DNA from: a virus
Taxonomy: Duplodnaviria > Caudoviricetes
IMG/VR virus record: IMGVR_UViG_3300037808_000674
Location: 1 to 36,615 of that record
DNA: 36,615 bases
Direction: 5' to 3' (one strand)
Below, one piece after another: positions 1 through 7,468 of the stretch. How positions within the stretch are numbered: the first letter of the stretch is position 1; every line of letters begins with the position of its first letter. A program made the translations under genes and the position numbers. The notes beneath the pieces are model-generated. The model was not told where the DNA came from and did not search any database. It saw nothing but the letters and a program-made list of their open reading frames with translations.

Positions 1-206
1 GGGACAGGCCAAGAGGCCAGTCACTGGTCGCGAGTTGGGCCAGCACCTGGGCGTGGAGGCGTGGCGGCGGTTGCCGGAATTGGAGCGGCGGGGGTTCGTG
101 GAGCGCGACACCAACACGCGGAAGTGCAGCGTGACCGGGAAGAGGGCGACGGCCTGGCGTCTGAGCGTCCGCTGACGGGGCTTTATCCTGCCGGGTGGAC
201 TGGGGG
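1..206. repeat. Terminal direct repeat, left copy (circular overlap or terminal redundancy)
   Basis: 1..206 matches 36410..36615 except at positions 49, 53 and 79. Confidence 0.95.
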
Positions 207-346
207 GAGGGGTGGGAGATCGCCCCGCAGAGGGACGCTCAGGGACGGGACAGGAAATGACACTTTCTGTCCTCGACAAACCTGGGCTAACGTGTGTGCG
301 GGGCACTCGTTCGCGACGAGGGTCGCGTGCACCACGCGGCCAGCCC
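161..346. other. Three consecutive hairpins in the convergent intergenic region (terminator-like or structured RNA)
   Basis: CTGAGCGTCC (161-170) pairs with GGACGCTCAG (233-242), with further inner pairing. GGACAGGAA/TTTCTGTCC forms a stem at ~247-271. Nested GGGCT/AGCCC, CGTG/CACG and CTCGT/ACGAG stems span ~283-346. No U-tract. Confidence 0.5.
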
Positions 347-349
347 CGC

Positions 350-724
350 TTAGAAATCCTGACTCTCGACCTCGCCGCCCTCGTAAACGAAGCGAACCAG
401 AACTTCGTGGGCCACGTTGCGGAAAGCTGCATCGTGGCCCTCGTGCTTTCGGCCCTCGGCGAAACCGTTGCGGTAGCAGTCCACGATATGGGCAAATTCG
501 TGGAGGTATGTCTCGGCGCTCTGGGAGCGGTTGGTCTTGAGAACGCGGATCAGCGGAGGCAACCCTTCTGGGAACTCGTCGGGGAACTCCACGCAGCCCA
601 GGCAACCCTTGTATTCCTTGGGCAGGCGAGTCTCGACGCGGAGCCGCGCCGGGGTATCCCAAGTGTGGCAGGCCCAGCGGTGGATCTGGTGCAGGCGTTC
701 GCGGGTGGGCAGTCGCTTAGCCAT
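350..724 (-). CDS. SprT-like zinc metalloprotease (zincin)
   Basis: HEFAH (HExxH) followed by HEGHDAAF, matching the SprT-type third His ligand (HxxxF). Start re-assigned to ATG at 724 (MAKRLP), which overlaps the upstream stop. Confidence 0.7.
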   Translation of the reverse strand: MAKRLPTRERLHQIHRWACHTWDTPARLRVETRLPKEYKGCLGCVEFPDEFPEGLPPLIRVLKTNRSQSAETYLHEFAHIVDCYRNGFAEGRKHEGHDAAFRNVAHEVLVRFVYEGGEVESQDF

Positions 725-1592
725 ATCGTGATTTAATCCTGTCCAGACCCCACCACTCGAGATCGAACTCCCCGCCCTGGGCATTCCGCAGGATCGCCAC
801 CCCCCGGTTGTAGAGGGCATTCGCTGGGCCAGCCCAGTCCATGTTGTGCTCGAAGTAGCACCCCACCACCAGCCCGTGCAGGTGACGCCCAGCAGCATCC
901 GAGCGCACCGCCATGTCCAGGGTGTGGGTGTGGCCCATGACGCAACTGCTCAACTGCTTCGCGATAATGTTCGCCGCTTGGTGCACGCCGCCCACCGGGC
1001 GCGACATGACGCCCGAAATGAAGTAGTGGGCGAACCATGTCCCCGCGACCTCAATGGGCTCGAGGAAAGGCACCTGCTGCCAGCCCAACTCCTCGGCCCG
1101 TAGATCGTCCAGGCCGATAATGTCCTCAAACCTGGGCTCCTCCTCGAGGAAGCGGGTGATCCTTGACTCGTGGTTTCCCAGGCACGCGATCAGCCGGGGC
1201 TCGTGGCCCGCGAGTTCACGCCTGAATCTCAGCCTCGCGTCCAGGCCAATGTCCACGTCCTCCCAGTACCGGCGACCCTCAAAGCTGCGGCTGCCCGGCT
1301 TGTCGTAAGCGTTCAGGCTGTTCACGTCGAACCAGTCGCCAATGTCCACCACCACGTCCACGCCCTGGTCATTGGCGAGCCTACCCAGCCACTCGTAGCG
1401 GTGGTTGGGGATTCCGGGGGTGGCATGGGAGTCCGGCACCACCAGGATGTCGATGCCCAGGGTGGGGCGCTCGATCGGCGGGTACGGGTCAGGGGCCTCG
1501 AGCTTTTGCACTCGCTCGCGTGCAGCGGCCCTGGCCTCGGGATCGACTGCGGCCGCCCGCAGAATGTCAGCCGGTTTCTGAGGCTCGCTCAT
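717..1592 (-). CDS. Calcineurin-like metallophosphoesterase
   Basis: Ordered motifs DSH, GDWFD, GNHE, H and GHTH. Confidence 0.9.
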   Translation of the reverse strand: MSEPQKPADILRAAAVDPEARAAARERVQKLEAPDPYPPIERPTLGIDILVVPDSHATPGIPNHRYEWLGRLANDQGVDVVVDIGDWFDVNSLNAYDKPGSRSFEGRRYWEDVDIGLDARLRFRRELAGHEPRLIACLGNHESRITRFLEEEPRFEDIIGLDDLRAEELGWQQVPFLEPIEVAGTWFAHYFISGVMSRPVGGVHQAANIIAKQLSSCVMGHTHTLDMAVRSDAAGRHLHGLVVGCYFEHNMDWAGPANALYNRGVAILRNAQGGEFDLEWWGLDRIKSRYG

Positions 1593-1848
1593 TTCTCGAC
1601 ATCCAAGTGCTCAGACTCTCGCCCGAAATGTCTGGAAACCCCGCGCCCGCCGCGCCCAGAATTTCGTCCGCGTGCAACGCCGCCAGGAGCAGAGGCAACT
1701 TGTAGGAGGCATTGGCTTCGTAGGCCGCGAGAAATTCGCGAAACCGGGCACGCTCTTCGTCGCTGATCTGCGCCAACCACTGGCCCACCACTGTGCGGTC
1801 GCGGTTCCGCTCAGCATGGACACGCGCCAAGAGTTCGCTGGGTTCCAC
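1567..1848 (-). CDS. Hypothetical protein (93 aa, helical)
   Basis: Strong SD (GAGGAGGAGG) before GTG; overlaps the start of the phosphoesterase gene. Confidence 0.7.
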   Translation of the reverse strand: MEPSELLARVHAERNRDRTVVGQWLAQISDEERARFREFLAAYEANASYKLPLLLAALHADEILGAAGAGFPDISGESLSTWMSRNERASETG

Positions 1849-1962
1849 AATCCTCCTCCTCGTCCTCGGGGCACGTTGGCTCTGCTGAAATCGCAGACGG
1901 GCGTGCTCAAAATTTGTACGAATGTCGAAAATCCTTCGCGTCGGTCGAAAACCGGATAGCCA

Positions 1963-2229
1963 TCACCTCTCTTCCATGACCAGAAGGGCCGAACACAGGA
2001 GTTCGACTCGCCCAATATAGTCAGCCGTTGCGGGGGGGATCTCGTGCGCCAGCAGTTCGTGAATCATTGCGTCGGTCGGCTCAGGGCACCGGGGGATCGG
2101 CCCCGTCGTCGGTGTCGCGGTGCAGCATCCTAGCCCGAAGCCGAGCAACAAGGGTGCGACCACGAGGAACTGCACGCGACAACTCCACGAGGACACGCCG
2201 CGCCCCATCCAGTTGAGAACGTCCCGCAT
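1963..2229 (-). CDS. Putative o-spanin (Rz1-like lipoprotein)
   Basis: Hydrophobic stretch ending in a lipobox-like LGFGLGC, then Pro-rich TPTTGPIPRCPEP. Partly overlaps the i-spanin in another frame. Start uncertain (ATG 2229 or 2208). Confidence 0.65.
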   Translation of the reverse strand: MRDVLNWMGRGVSSWSCRVQFLVVAPLLLGFGLGCCTATPTTGPIPRCPEPTDAMIHELLAHEIPPATADYIGRVELLCSALLVMEER

Positions 2230-2338
2230 TGGCCTCCTCCTCAAGTCTCCCCTCTCGCTTGGATGCGCGGAGCCAGCCACCGACTGCCAGCAGCAGCCCC
2301 GCGCAACCCGCGAGCAGCAGTGCAATCCAGCCGCTCAC
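2081..2338 (-). CDS. Putative i-spanin (Rz-like)
   Basis: N-terminal TM helix followed by a helical periplasmic segment; GTGA overlap with the holin stop; last position in the lysis block. Confidence 0.65.
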   Translation of the reverse strand: MSGWIALLLAGCAGLLLAVGGWLRASKREGRLEEEANAGRSQLDGARRVLVELSRAVPRGRTLVARLRARMLHRDTDDGADPPVP

Positions 2339-2523
2339 TTGTTAACGGCATTCTTCACATTCGCACCCAGCACATTGACCACGCGCAGAAGAAAATCGCT
2401 GATTACGTTGTCCGAAGTGTTGGGTGTCAAACTCGCGATCACGGCAAAAGCACCGACTACGGAAATCGCAGCCTGCACAATGCCAGCCCAGTCGAGCCCT
2501 TGCAGTGTTGTCAAAAAGTCCAT
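2335..2523 (-). CDS. Putative holin (62 aa)
   Basis: MDFLTTLQGLDWAGIVQAAISVVGAFAVIASLTPNTSDN: TM helix plus TPxxxD motif seen in small phage holins; SD AGAGGAG; directly follows the endolysin. Confidence 0.7.
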   Translation of the reverse strand: MDFLTTLQGLDWAGIVQAAISVVGAFAVIASLTPNTSDNVISDFLLRVVNVLGANVKNAVNK

Positions 2524-2524
2524 G

Positions 2525-2857
2525 TCATTCTCCTCTGTTGAATTTTGCAGACCACCACCGTGGCGGATTGCCCGGTGCCAGCCCTTGAACGTGCAAGTGG
2601 CTGCCGCTGCCCGCGTCATGCACAACGGCCCACAGCCCCAACTCCTCGGCGGTTGTCTCCGCAGCCTGGAGCCCGTGTCCTTCGTCCGCAGCAAAGTCCC
2701 GCGCCATTCCCAGCAGGTGCTTGCTGACCTCGGAGCCGTTGGCTGCCGCATTCCTCGCCACCGATCTGCGCCCCGAAGTCTCCGACAAATACGGCTCGAG
2801 CCTCACCAGTTCCCGGCACGCCGCATCGAACTCGCTGGGAGTCATGGGTTGCCTCAC
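2525..2857 (-). CDS. Endolysin, peptidase M15-type (Zn peptidoglycan peptidase)
   Basis: TSGRR...N...SKHLLGMARDF (SxHxxGxAxD) and SHLHV (HxH). Confidence 0.85.
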   Translation of the reverse strand: MRQPMTPSEFDAACRELVRLEPYLSETSGRRSVARNAAANGSEVSKHLLGMARDFAADEGHGLQAAETTAEELGLWAVVHDAGSGSHLHVQGLAPGNPPRWWSAKFNRGE

Positions 2858-3177
2858 AGTTTTATCAGCCTCCCGATTTTGTCCAGCGCACCCTCGACTC
2901 TTGCCTGCGACTCTGCGGTTTCTTTCATGGTTACCGCAAATGCCTCACTGCTGTTTCGCAGGTCAGTCTCCAGAACTGTCATCCGCACTTCCAGCCGGAT
3001 AACCGTCGCGTGAGTGGCCGCTTGAGTCTGCGCTTTTTCCTCGATCACTCCCTGCCTGACCTCCAGGGTTTTCACCCGGTCCCTGACCTTCAAATGACTC
3101 GCCGCTGCCACGCCCAGGGTGCTCGCCCCGGCCACGAGGTACTGCCACCATTGGCCCAGAGAATCATGCGAGCTCAC
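2854..3177 (-). CDS. Membrane-anchored coiled-coil protein (holin/antiholin-like)
   Basis: N-terminal hydrophobic helix then a long coiled-coil; GTG at 3177 with SD AGGAGG; GTGA overlap with the endolysin start. Confidence 0.6.
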   Translation of the reverse strand: MSSHDSLGQWWQYLVAGASTLGVAAASHLKVRDRVKTLEVRQGVIEEKAQTQAATHATVIRLEVRMTVLETDLRNSSEAFAVTMKETAESQARVEGALDKIGRLIKL

Positions 3178-3313
3178 CGGGGGCCTCCTGGTTCTGATCC
3201 CGCACCTGCTGCTGCACCGCAAGAAATGCGCTCACCGTTTCACGCAGAGGGCGCTCTGCCAATGCGTTGAGGATTACCTCGACGTGCTCGCTTGAGAGTT
3301 CCAAAGTCAGCAT
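3164..3313 (-). CDS. Small hypothetical protein (49 aa; below the ORF-track cutoff)
   Basis: MLTLELSSEHVEVILNALAERPLRETVSAFLAVQQQVRDQNQEAPGELA. ATG overlaps the upstream TGA (TGATG) and the ORF fills the gap. Confidence 0.7.
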   Translation of the reverse strand: MLTLELSSEHVEVILNALAERPLRETVSAFLAVQQQVRDQNQEAPGELA

Positions 3314-3516
3314 CATGGCCGGTCCCTAATGTCTGTGAGTTCTGCAATTGTTGCGTCCAACTCCTCGTCCAGCGTCGGCTCGCCCACCTCGGCCAGCAGG
3401 CCCGCGATCGTGTCCAGTTTCGCCTGCTGCGCGGGGGTCATTGCCGAAGCCACCTCGGGCCGTGCGGCCACGAGTGCCGCCACTTGACGAATGTGCAGAA
3501 TCTCCGAAAGCGTCAT
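3313..3516 (-). CDS. Hypothetical protein (67 aa), possible tail-fibre chaperone
   Basis: ATGA overlap with the upstream fibre gene; chaperone role inferred from position only. Confidence 0.65.
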   Translation of the reverse strand: MTLSEILHIRQVAALVAARPEVASAMTPAQQAKLDTIAGLLAEVGEPTLDEELDATIAELTDIRDRP

Positions 3517-4421
3517 GGGTTAATGTCCACCGGGGTGATCGTCACGATTATTCCGTCGTCGTGCGTGAACCAACTGCCGACGTTGAATGTGGTGATTCCA
3601 GACATATTCTGGCAGTAGAGGCCCCAGTCGAGGCCAATCGTGTCACCGCTCGCGACGGAAACAATGCACGAGCCTGCAATCTCGGGACGCTCCAAGTGGA
3701 CGCCGAAAATGCTCAGATAGCCGTACCACGAGGAACTGACCACAGAACCCGGAACCACAACATGGCCGCTGCCCGTGTCCTTCGTCACTCGCACCTTGGT
3801 GTTCCAATGATTGTGAGTCGAATACCCCTGCGCGCTCAGTGCCCAGGACACCAGGAATTTCCGCGTGCCACCCGCCGGGAAATCCCCGCCATAGGTAAAC
3901 TCGCCGCTCGAGTGCGTCCAGTTGTTGGAGTCGCGCACCGTCCAGGTGGCGGGCGTGTACCAGTGGTCGGTATTGACCGCGAGCGTGTTGTAGGCCACCG
4001 AGCCCTGGGTGTAGTTGGCGTGAAGCCACGCACGGTCCAGGGGTGCGGCACCCACTGCCGTATCGACATACGATTTGTTGGCAGCGTCAGTGCCGGCCAC
4101 AGGCGTGGCAACGGTCAACGCGGTCCCGAACGTCCACGCCCCGGCCACTGTCTCCACCGCTGACTTGTCCAGCAGGTTCTGGTTCTGGATTCCGGCCAGG
4201 GTGCCGGTTACTGCGCTGAAATCGAGGTTGCCCACACTCGTCACGTCGAAGCCGTTGCAGTCCAGATCGCCCGAAAGCTCCGGCGTAATGTCGGTTATGA
4301 GCCGGTCGATCCCACTGCGCCATGCAATTCCGTGCGGGCTTGCCGTGTCCAGCACAAGCGCCTGCCCGTCCCGTCCGGCCGGGAACTGTTGGCGCGAGAC
4401 TTTGCCTCGGAGGGTGGGCAT
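3513..4421 (-). CDS. Tail fibre / receptor-binding protein 3
   Basis: DITPELSGDLD and TPVAGTDAANKSYVD fibre motifs; beta-rich C-terminal head. Start ATG 4421 overlaps the TAA of tailspike 1 (TAATG). Confidence 0.75.
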   Translation of the reverse strand: MPTLRGKVSRQQFPAGRDGQALVLDTASPHGIAWRSGIDRLITDITPELSGDLDCNGFDVTSVGNLDFSAVTGTLAGIQNQNLLDKSAVETVAGAWTFGTALTVATPVAGTDAANKSYVDTAVGAAPLDRAWLHANYTQGSVAYNTLAVNTDHWYTPATWTVRDSNNWTHSSGEFTYGGDFPAGGTRKFLVSWALSAQGYSTHNHWNTKVRVTKDTGSGHVVVPGSVVSSSWYGYLSIFGVHLERPEIAGSCIVSVASGDTIGLDWGLYCQNMSGITTFNVGSWFTHDDGIIVTITPVDINP

Positions 4422-4423
4422 TA
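4405..4423. repeat. Direct repeat flanking tailspike 1 (copy A)
   Basis: CCTCGGAGGGTGGGCATTA; 18/19 identical to 7439..7457. Confidence 0.85.
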
Positions 4424-7400
4424 TGCGATGTCGCTCCGGCTGATCTCGCTCCACTTGCCTGTCTCGATCATGGTCAGCGTAATCGTGTCCCCGGTGGTCA
4501 TCGCGAAGTTGCCAGCCAGTTCCAGGTCGCCACCGTCTGTTATCTGAAGGGAGTGCTTAGCCTTGACTGTGATCGTTTGGCCCACTTCGCCGTCATCGAA
4601 GTCGGTAATGGTGGTGGTCCCGCCCGTGGTGAATGCCGACCCCCCTGCCACCGTTGGCGTGCCCGTGTTATCCAGGGCGACCACCCCACCGTGGTCCGTG
4701 GTAATCGCCAAGGTCAGCGGCTTGTTATTGAAATCTATGTTGTTCCGCCTCCACGCCTCCGTGACGTTCGCCGTGTAAATCCCGTAAAACTGCTCGTGTG
4801 TCTGGGCTACGGCTGTGGTGGTCGATCCGCTATCTGCACCCGTGATTGTGTCCGGGGTGGCTGTGTCAAACGTGCCGCTTGCAGTCTCGAAAATGTTCAG
4901 GACTGTCGAAGTGATAACGCCCGTAACCTTGGCCGTTACTCCGCTCGCGCTGCCTGTAATCGTTTCGCCCAGAGTGAAACCCGCATTGCTGGCGACACTC
5001 AACCGCTGCGCGTCAGTCCCCACTTGGTTGTCAAAATAGTAGAGCCGCTTCACGTCATGGAACAGGGCACCTGCGTTGGTCAATGAGCTACTAGTAGACT
5101 GGACGTGGTTGTGCGTGAGGAGGTTGTCGGAACACTGAACGTCTTCGCACTGACCCCCAGCGGAGCCGCCCATCCACGCACCAGACAGGGCACACCTCTC
5201 TGCGGTATTCCCAGTGAAATGGATTTGGTCGCTCACCCCGTTAATGAAGAAACCGGCATACCCAGACCAGGCCACAGAGTTGTTTTTGCACTCCACGGAC
5301 TTCACCACATTGGTCCCGGTTTCGTTTATGTAGAGGCCACCCGCCCCTGTAGTCACGTTGTTGTTGTAAACCACCCGGTCCCAAATGTCCCCGGACAACC
5401 ACCGCACCGAAGCCATGCCGTGCTGGCCCGAGGTTTTCCCGTAGTCACCGTGCCGCAGTGTGGTGGTGAGTGTGTTCCCAGTGATTACCGCCGAGATCCC
5501 CTCGGTGCCGACATAGCCGCGCTGGTAGATAGAAAGCCAGGCGTGGGTGGAAACCCCAGCCGGAGCGTACCATTGGAAATTATTACCAGACACCACAATG
5601 GTGCCACCGCTCACTGTGTTGGCAGAGATCACATTGCCATTGCCGCCAATATCGACAAACGCGCCTCGGCTAGAAATCGTATCCGAGTGCTGTACCACGT
5701 TGTTCTGGATGCTCATGTGGCACCCCCTGAACTCAGCGCCGTAGATCGCTGGGATTGTTGTGCCTCCCGGCGACACGTCACCACGGATCAAGCAGTTGCG
5801 GATTGCAATGTGGTCGCCTCCGAAGTCTATTCCTCCGTCTATCGTGCAACCGTCGTATGTGATCCACTCAGAATTGCCGTGAATGTCCGCCGCCTGCACA
5901 CCGCCCGCGCCATTCGTGGAAACGTGCGCCCCCATGATCTTGTGGTATCGGTTGGGCACAGAGAACACTGTCGCGTTGCCAATGGTGATCCCGTGCCGCG
6001 CTGCGCTGAAGTAGCCGCCCACCACCGCGACATTGGTGCAACCCCCGATAGCTAGCCCGTAGTCACCAGAGTGGTCAGAACTAAAATCCTCTTCACAGAC
6101 GCAGCCGATTACTGAGGCGTTGAAACACCCGTCCAGGTAAATCTGTAGGTAGCTGGAGTTGTATGCGCGGACGTTCTCCACCATGCAGTCCACGCCAGCC
6201 GAGAGGGCTATCCCCTTTACGGTATGACCGGCAGCCGCGTCGGCCAGACCCTTGAAGGAAAAGTTGGATAGCCTCACCGTGTTGGGGTTGGCTAGCTTGT
6301 AGACCGCAACGTCGGCAATCAAATACGCCTGTGCGGTTGTGCCTTGTAACGTCACAACGCTGCCCGCAACGCTGGCGACACGCACAGACTCCCCGGCACG
6401 GTAGTACGTTCGGAAGCCAGACCATGACGAATCCGTGGGGTTGTAAATTTGGATAACGTCACCGGCAACCACGGAGGGAGCACTGGCGAACGTCAGTGTG
6501 CGGTCATTCCGCGAGACATTGGCCGCCAACGCAGGCAGAGCGGTGTACGAAGGGGCGGGGTACACGAGCATTCCCGTTGACCCAAACCCAGCCGTGTACG
6601 TTGCTGCGCTGCCGTCGATCAGCGTGGTCCCTATCCCACTCCCTCGGATACTGACGTTGGCACCCGGAGTCAGTTGCCCGGTGATCCTGTAAGTGCCAGC
6701 GGGCAGGACAACCTCGCCACCACCGAGTGCCGTCACCGCAGAGAAGGCGGCATTCAGCGCAGCCGTGTCATCGGCCACCCCGTCCCCGGTGGCTCCGTAA
6801 TCCTTCACGTTCTTGATCTCGCCCCAGCGGTCGGCCAGACTTCTCGACGTGATCCCACCCGAAGCAATCAGCCCGGTGGGTATCGTAAGGCCCGCGTTGT
6901 TAATCTCGGCATCCACATAGGTTTTTGTCGCTGCGTCCGTGGTTGCCGTCGGAGTGCCCAGGTTGCTGATCCTGTTGCCGTTGGCGTCATACTGCCCTGA
7001 GCCATCCGTGGATACTTCAGTCAACGGCAGCGCACGCTCTGCAATCTCGCGGGTCCGTGTGCCTTGCAGGGTGACGCGATCCAGCGCCTCCTCGTGGGAC
7101 TCTGCGGGAAACGTGCCTCCGCTGATATAATCCACCAGTTGCGTCATGGCGGGGTTGCCGTAAATAATCAGAGTCTCGCCGGTCTGCGGCTCACCATCCT
7201 CAATCAGAAACGTCACCGTGCCACCCGTGGCTGCACCCTCACCCGCCACCGAGTAGTCCGAGTCCAGGGTCTTGGTGGTGCTTACGCCCGTGGCATCCAC
7301 GCGGACCAGCACCACGAGGTCGGTGGGCGCGAGGAACCTGAACGGCACCGAGAAGGCAGTGACACCCGGTACGCCCAGTTCTCCGTCGCCATCGTAACTC

Positions 7401-7429
7401 ACCCGGTTCTGTGTGCTGGTTATTGTCAT
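4421..7429 (-). CDS. Tailspike 1 (T7 gp17-type N-terminal anchor + beta-helix depolymerase-like domain)
   Basis: MTITSTQNRVSYDGDG...FPAESHEEALDRVT anchor; NVKDYGATGDGVADDTAALNAA...LPAGTY pectate-lyase-3-like start; N/G/T-rich beta-helix repeats. Confidence 0.9.
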   Translation of the reverse strand: MTITSTQNRVSYDGDGELGVPGVTAFSVPFRFLAPTDLVVLVRVDATGVSTTKTLDSDYSVAGEGAATGGTVTFLIEDGEPQTGETLIIYGNPAMTQLVDYISGGTFPAESHEEALDRVTLQGTRTREIAERALPLTEVSTDGSGQYDANGNRISNLGTPTATTDAATKTYVDAEINNAGLTIPTGLIASGGITSRSLADRWGEIKNVKDYGATGDGVADDTAALNAAFSAVTALGGGEVVLPAGTYRITGQLTPGANVSIRGSGIGTTLIDGSAATYTAGFGSTGMLVYPAPSYTALPALAANVSRNDRTLTFASAPSVVAGDVIQIYNPTDSSWSGFRTYYRAGESVRVASVAGSVVTLQGTTAQAYLIADVAVYKLANPNTVRLSNFSFKGLADAAAGHTVKGIALSAGVDCMVENVRAYNSSYLQIYLDGCFNASVIGCVCEEDFSSDHSGDYGLAIGGCTNVAVVGGYFSAARHGITIGNATVFSVPNRYHKIMGAHVSTNGAGGVQAADIHGNSEWITYDGCTIDGGIDFGGDHIAIRNCLIRGDVSPGGTTIPAIYGAEFRGCHMSIQNNVVQHSDTISSRGAFVDIGGNGNVISANTVSGGTIVVSGNNFQWYAPAGVSTHAWLSIYQRGYVGTEGISAVITGNTLTTTLRHGDYGKTSGQHGMASVRWLSGDIWDRVVYNNNVTTGAGGLYINETGTNVVKSVECKNNSVAWSGYAGFFINGVSDQIHFTGNTAERCALSGAWMGGSAGGQCEDVQCSDNLLTHNHVQSTSSSLTNAGALFHDVKRLYYFDNQVGTDAQRLSVASNAGFTLGETITGSASGVTAKVTGVITSTVLNIFETASGTFDTATPDTITGADSGSTTTAVAQTHEQFYGIYTANVTEAWRRNNIDFNNKPLTLAITTDHGGVVALDNTGTPTVAGGSAFTTGGTTTITDFDDGEVGQTITVKAKHSLQITDGGDLELAGNFAMTTGDTITLTMIETGKWSEISRSDIA

Positions 7430-7438
7430 CGTGTTGCT

Positions 7439-7457
7439 CCTCTGAGGGTGGGCATTA
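7439..7457. repeat. Direct repeat flanking tailspike 1 (copy B)
   Basis: CCTCTGAGGGTGGGCATTA in the short spacer between the two tailspike genes. Confidence 0.85.
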
Positions 7458-7468
7458 GGTTTTCCCGC

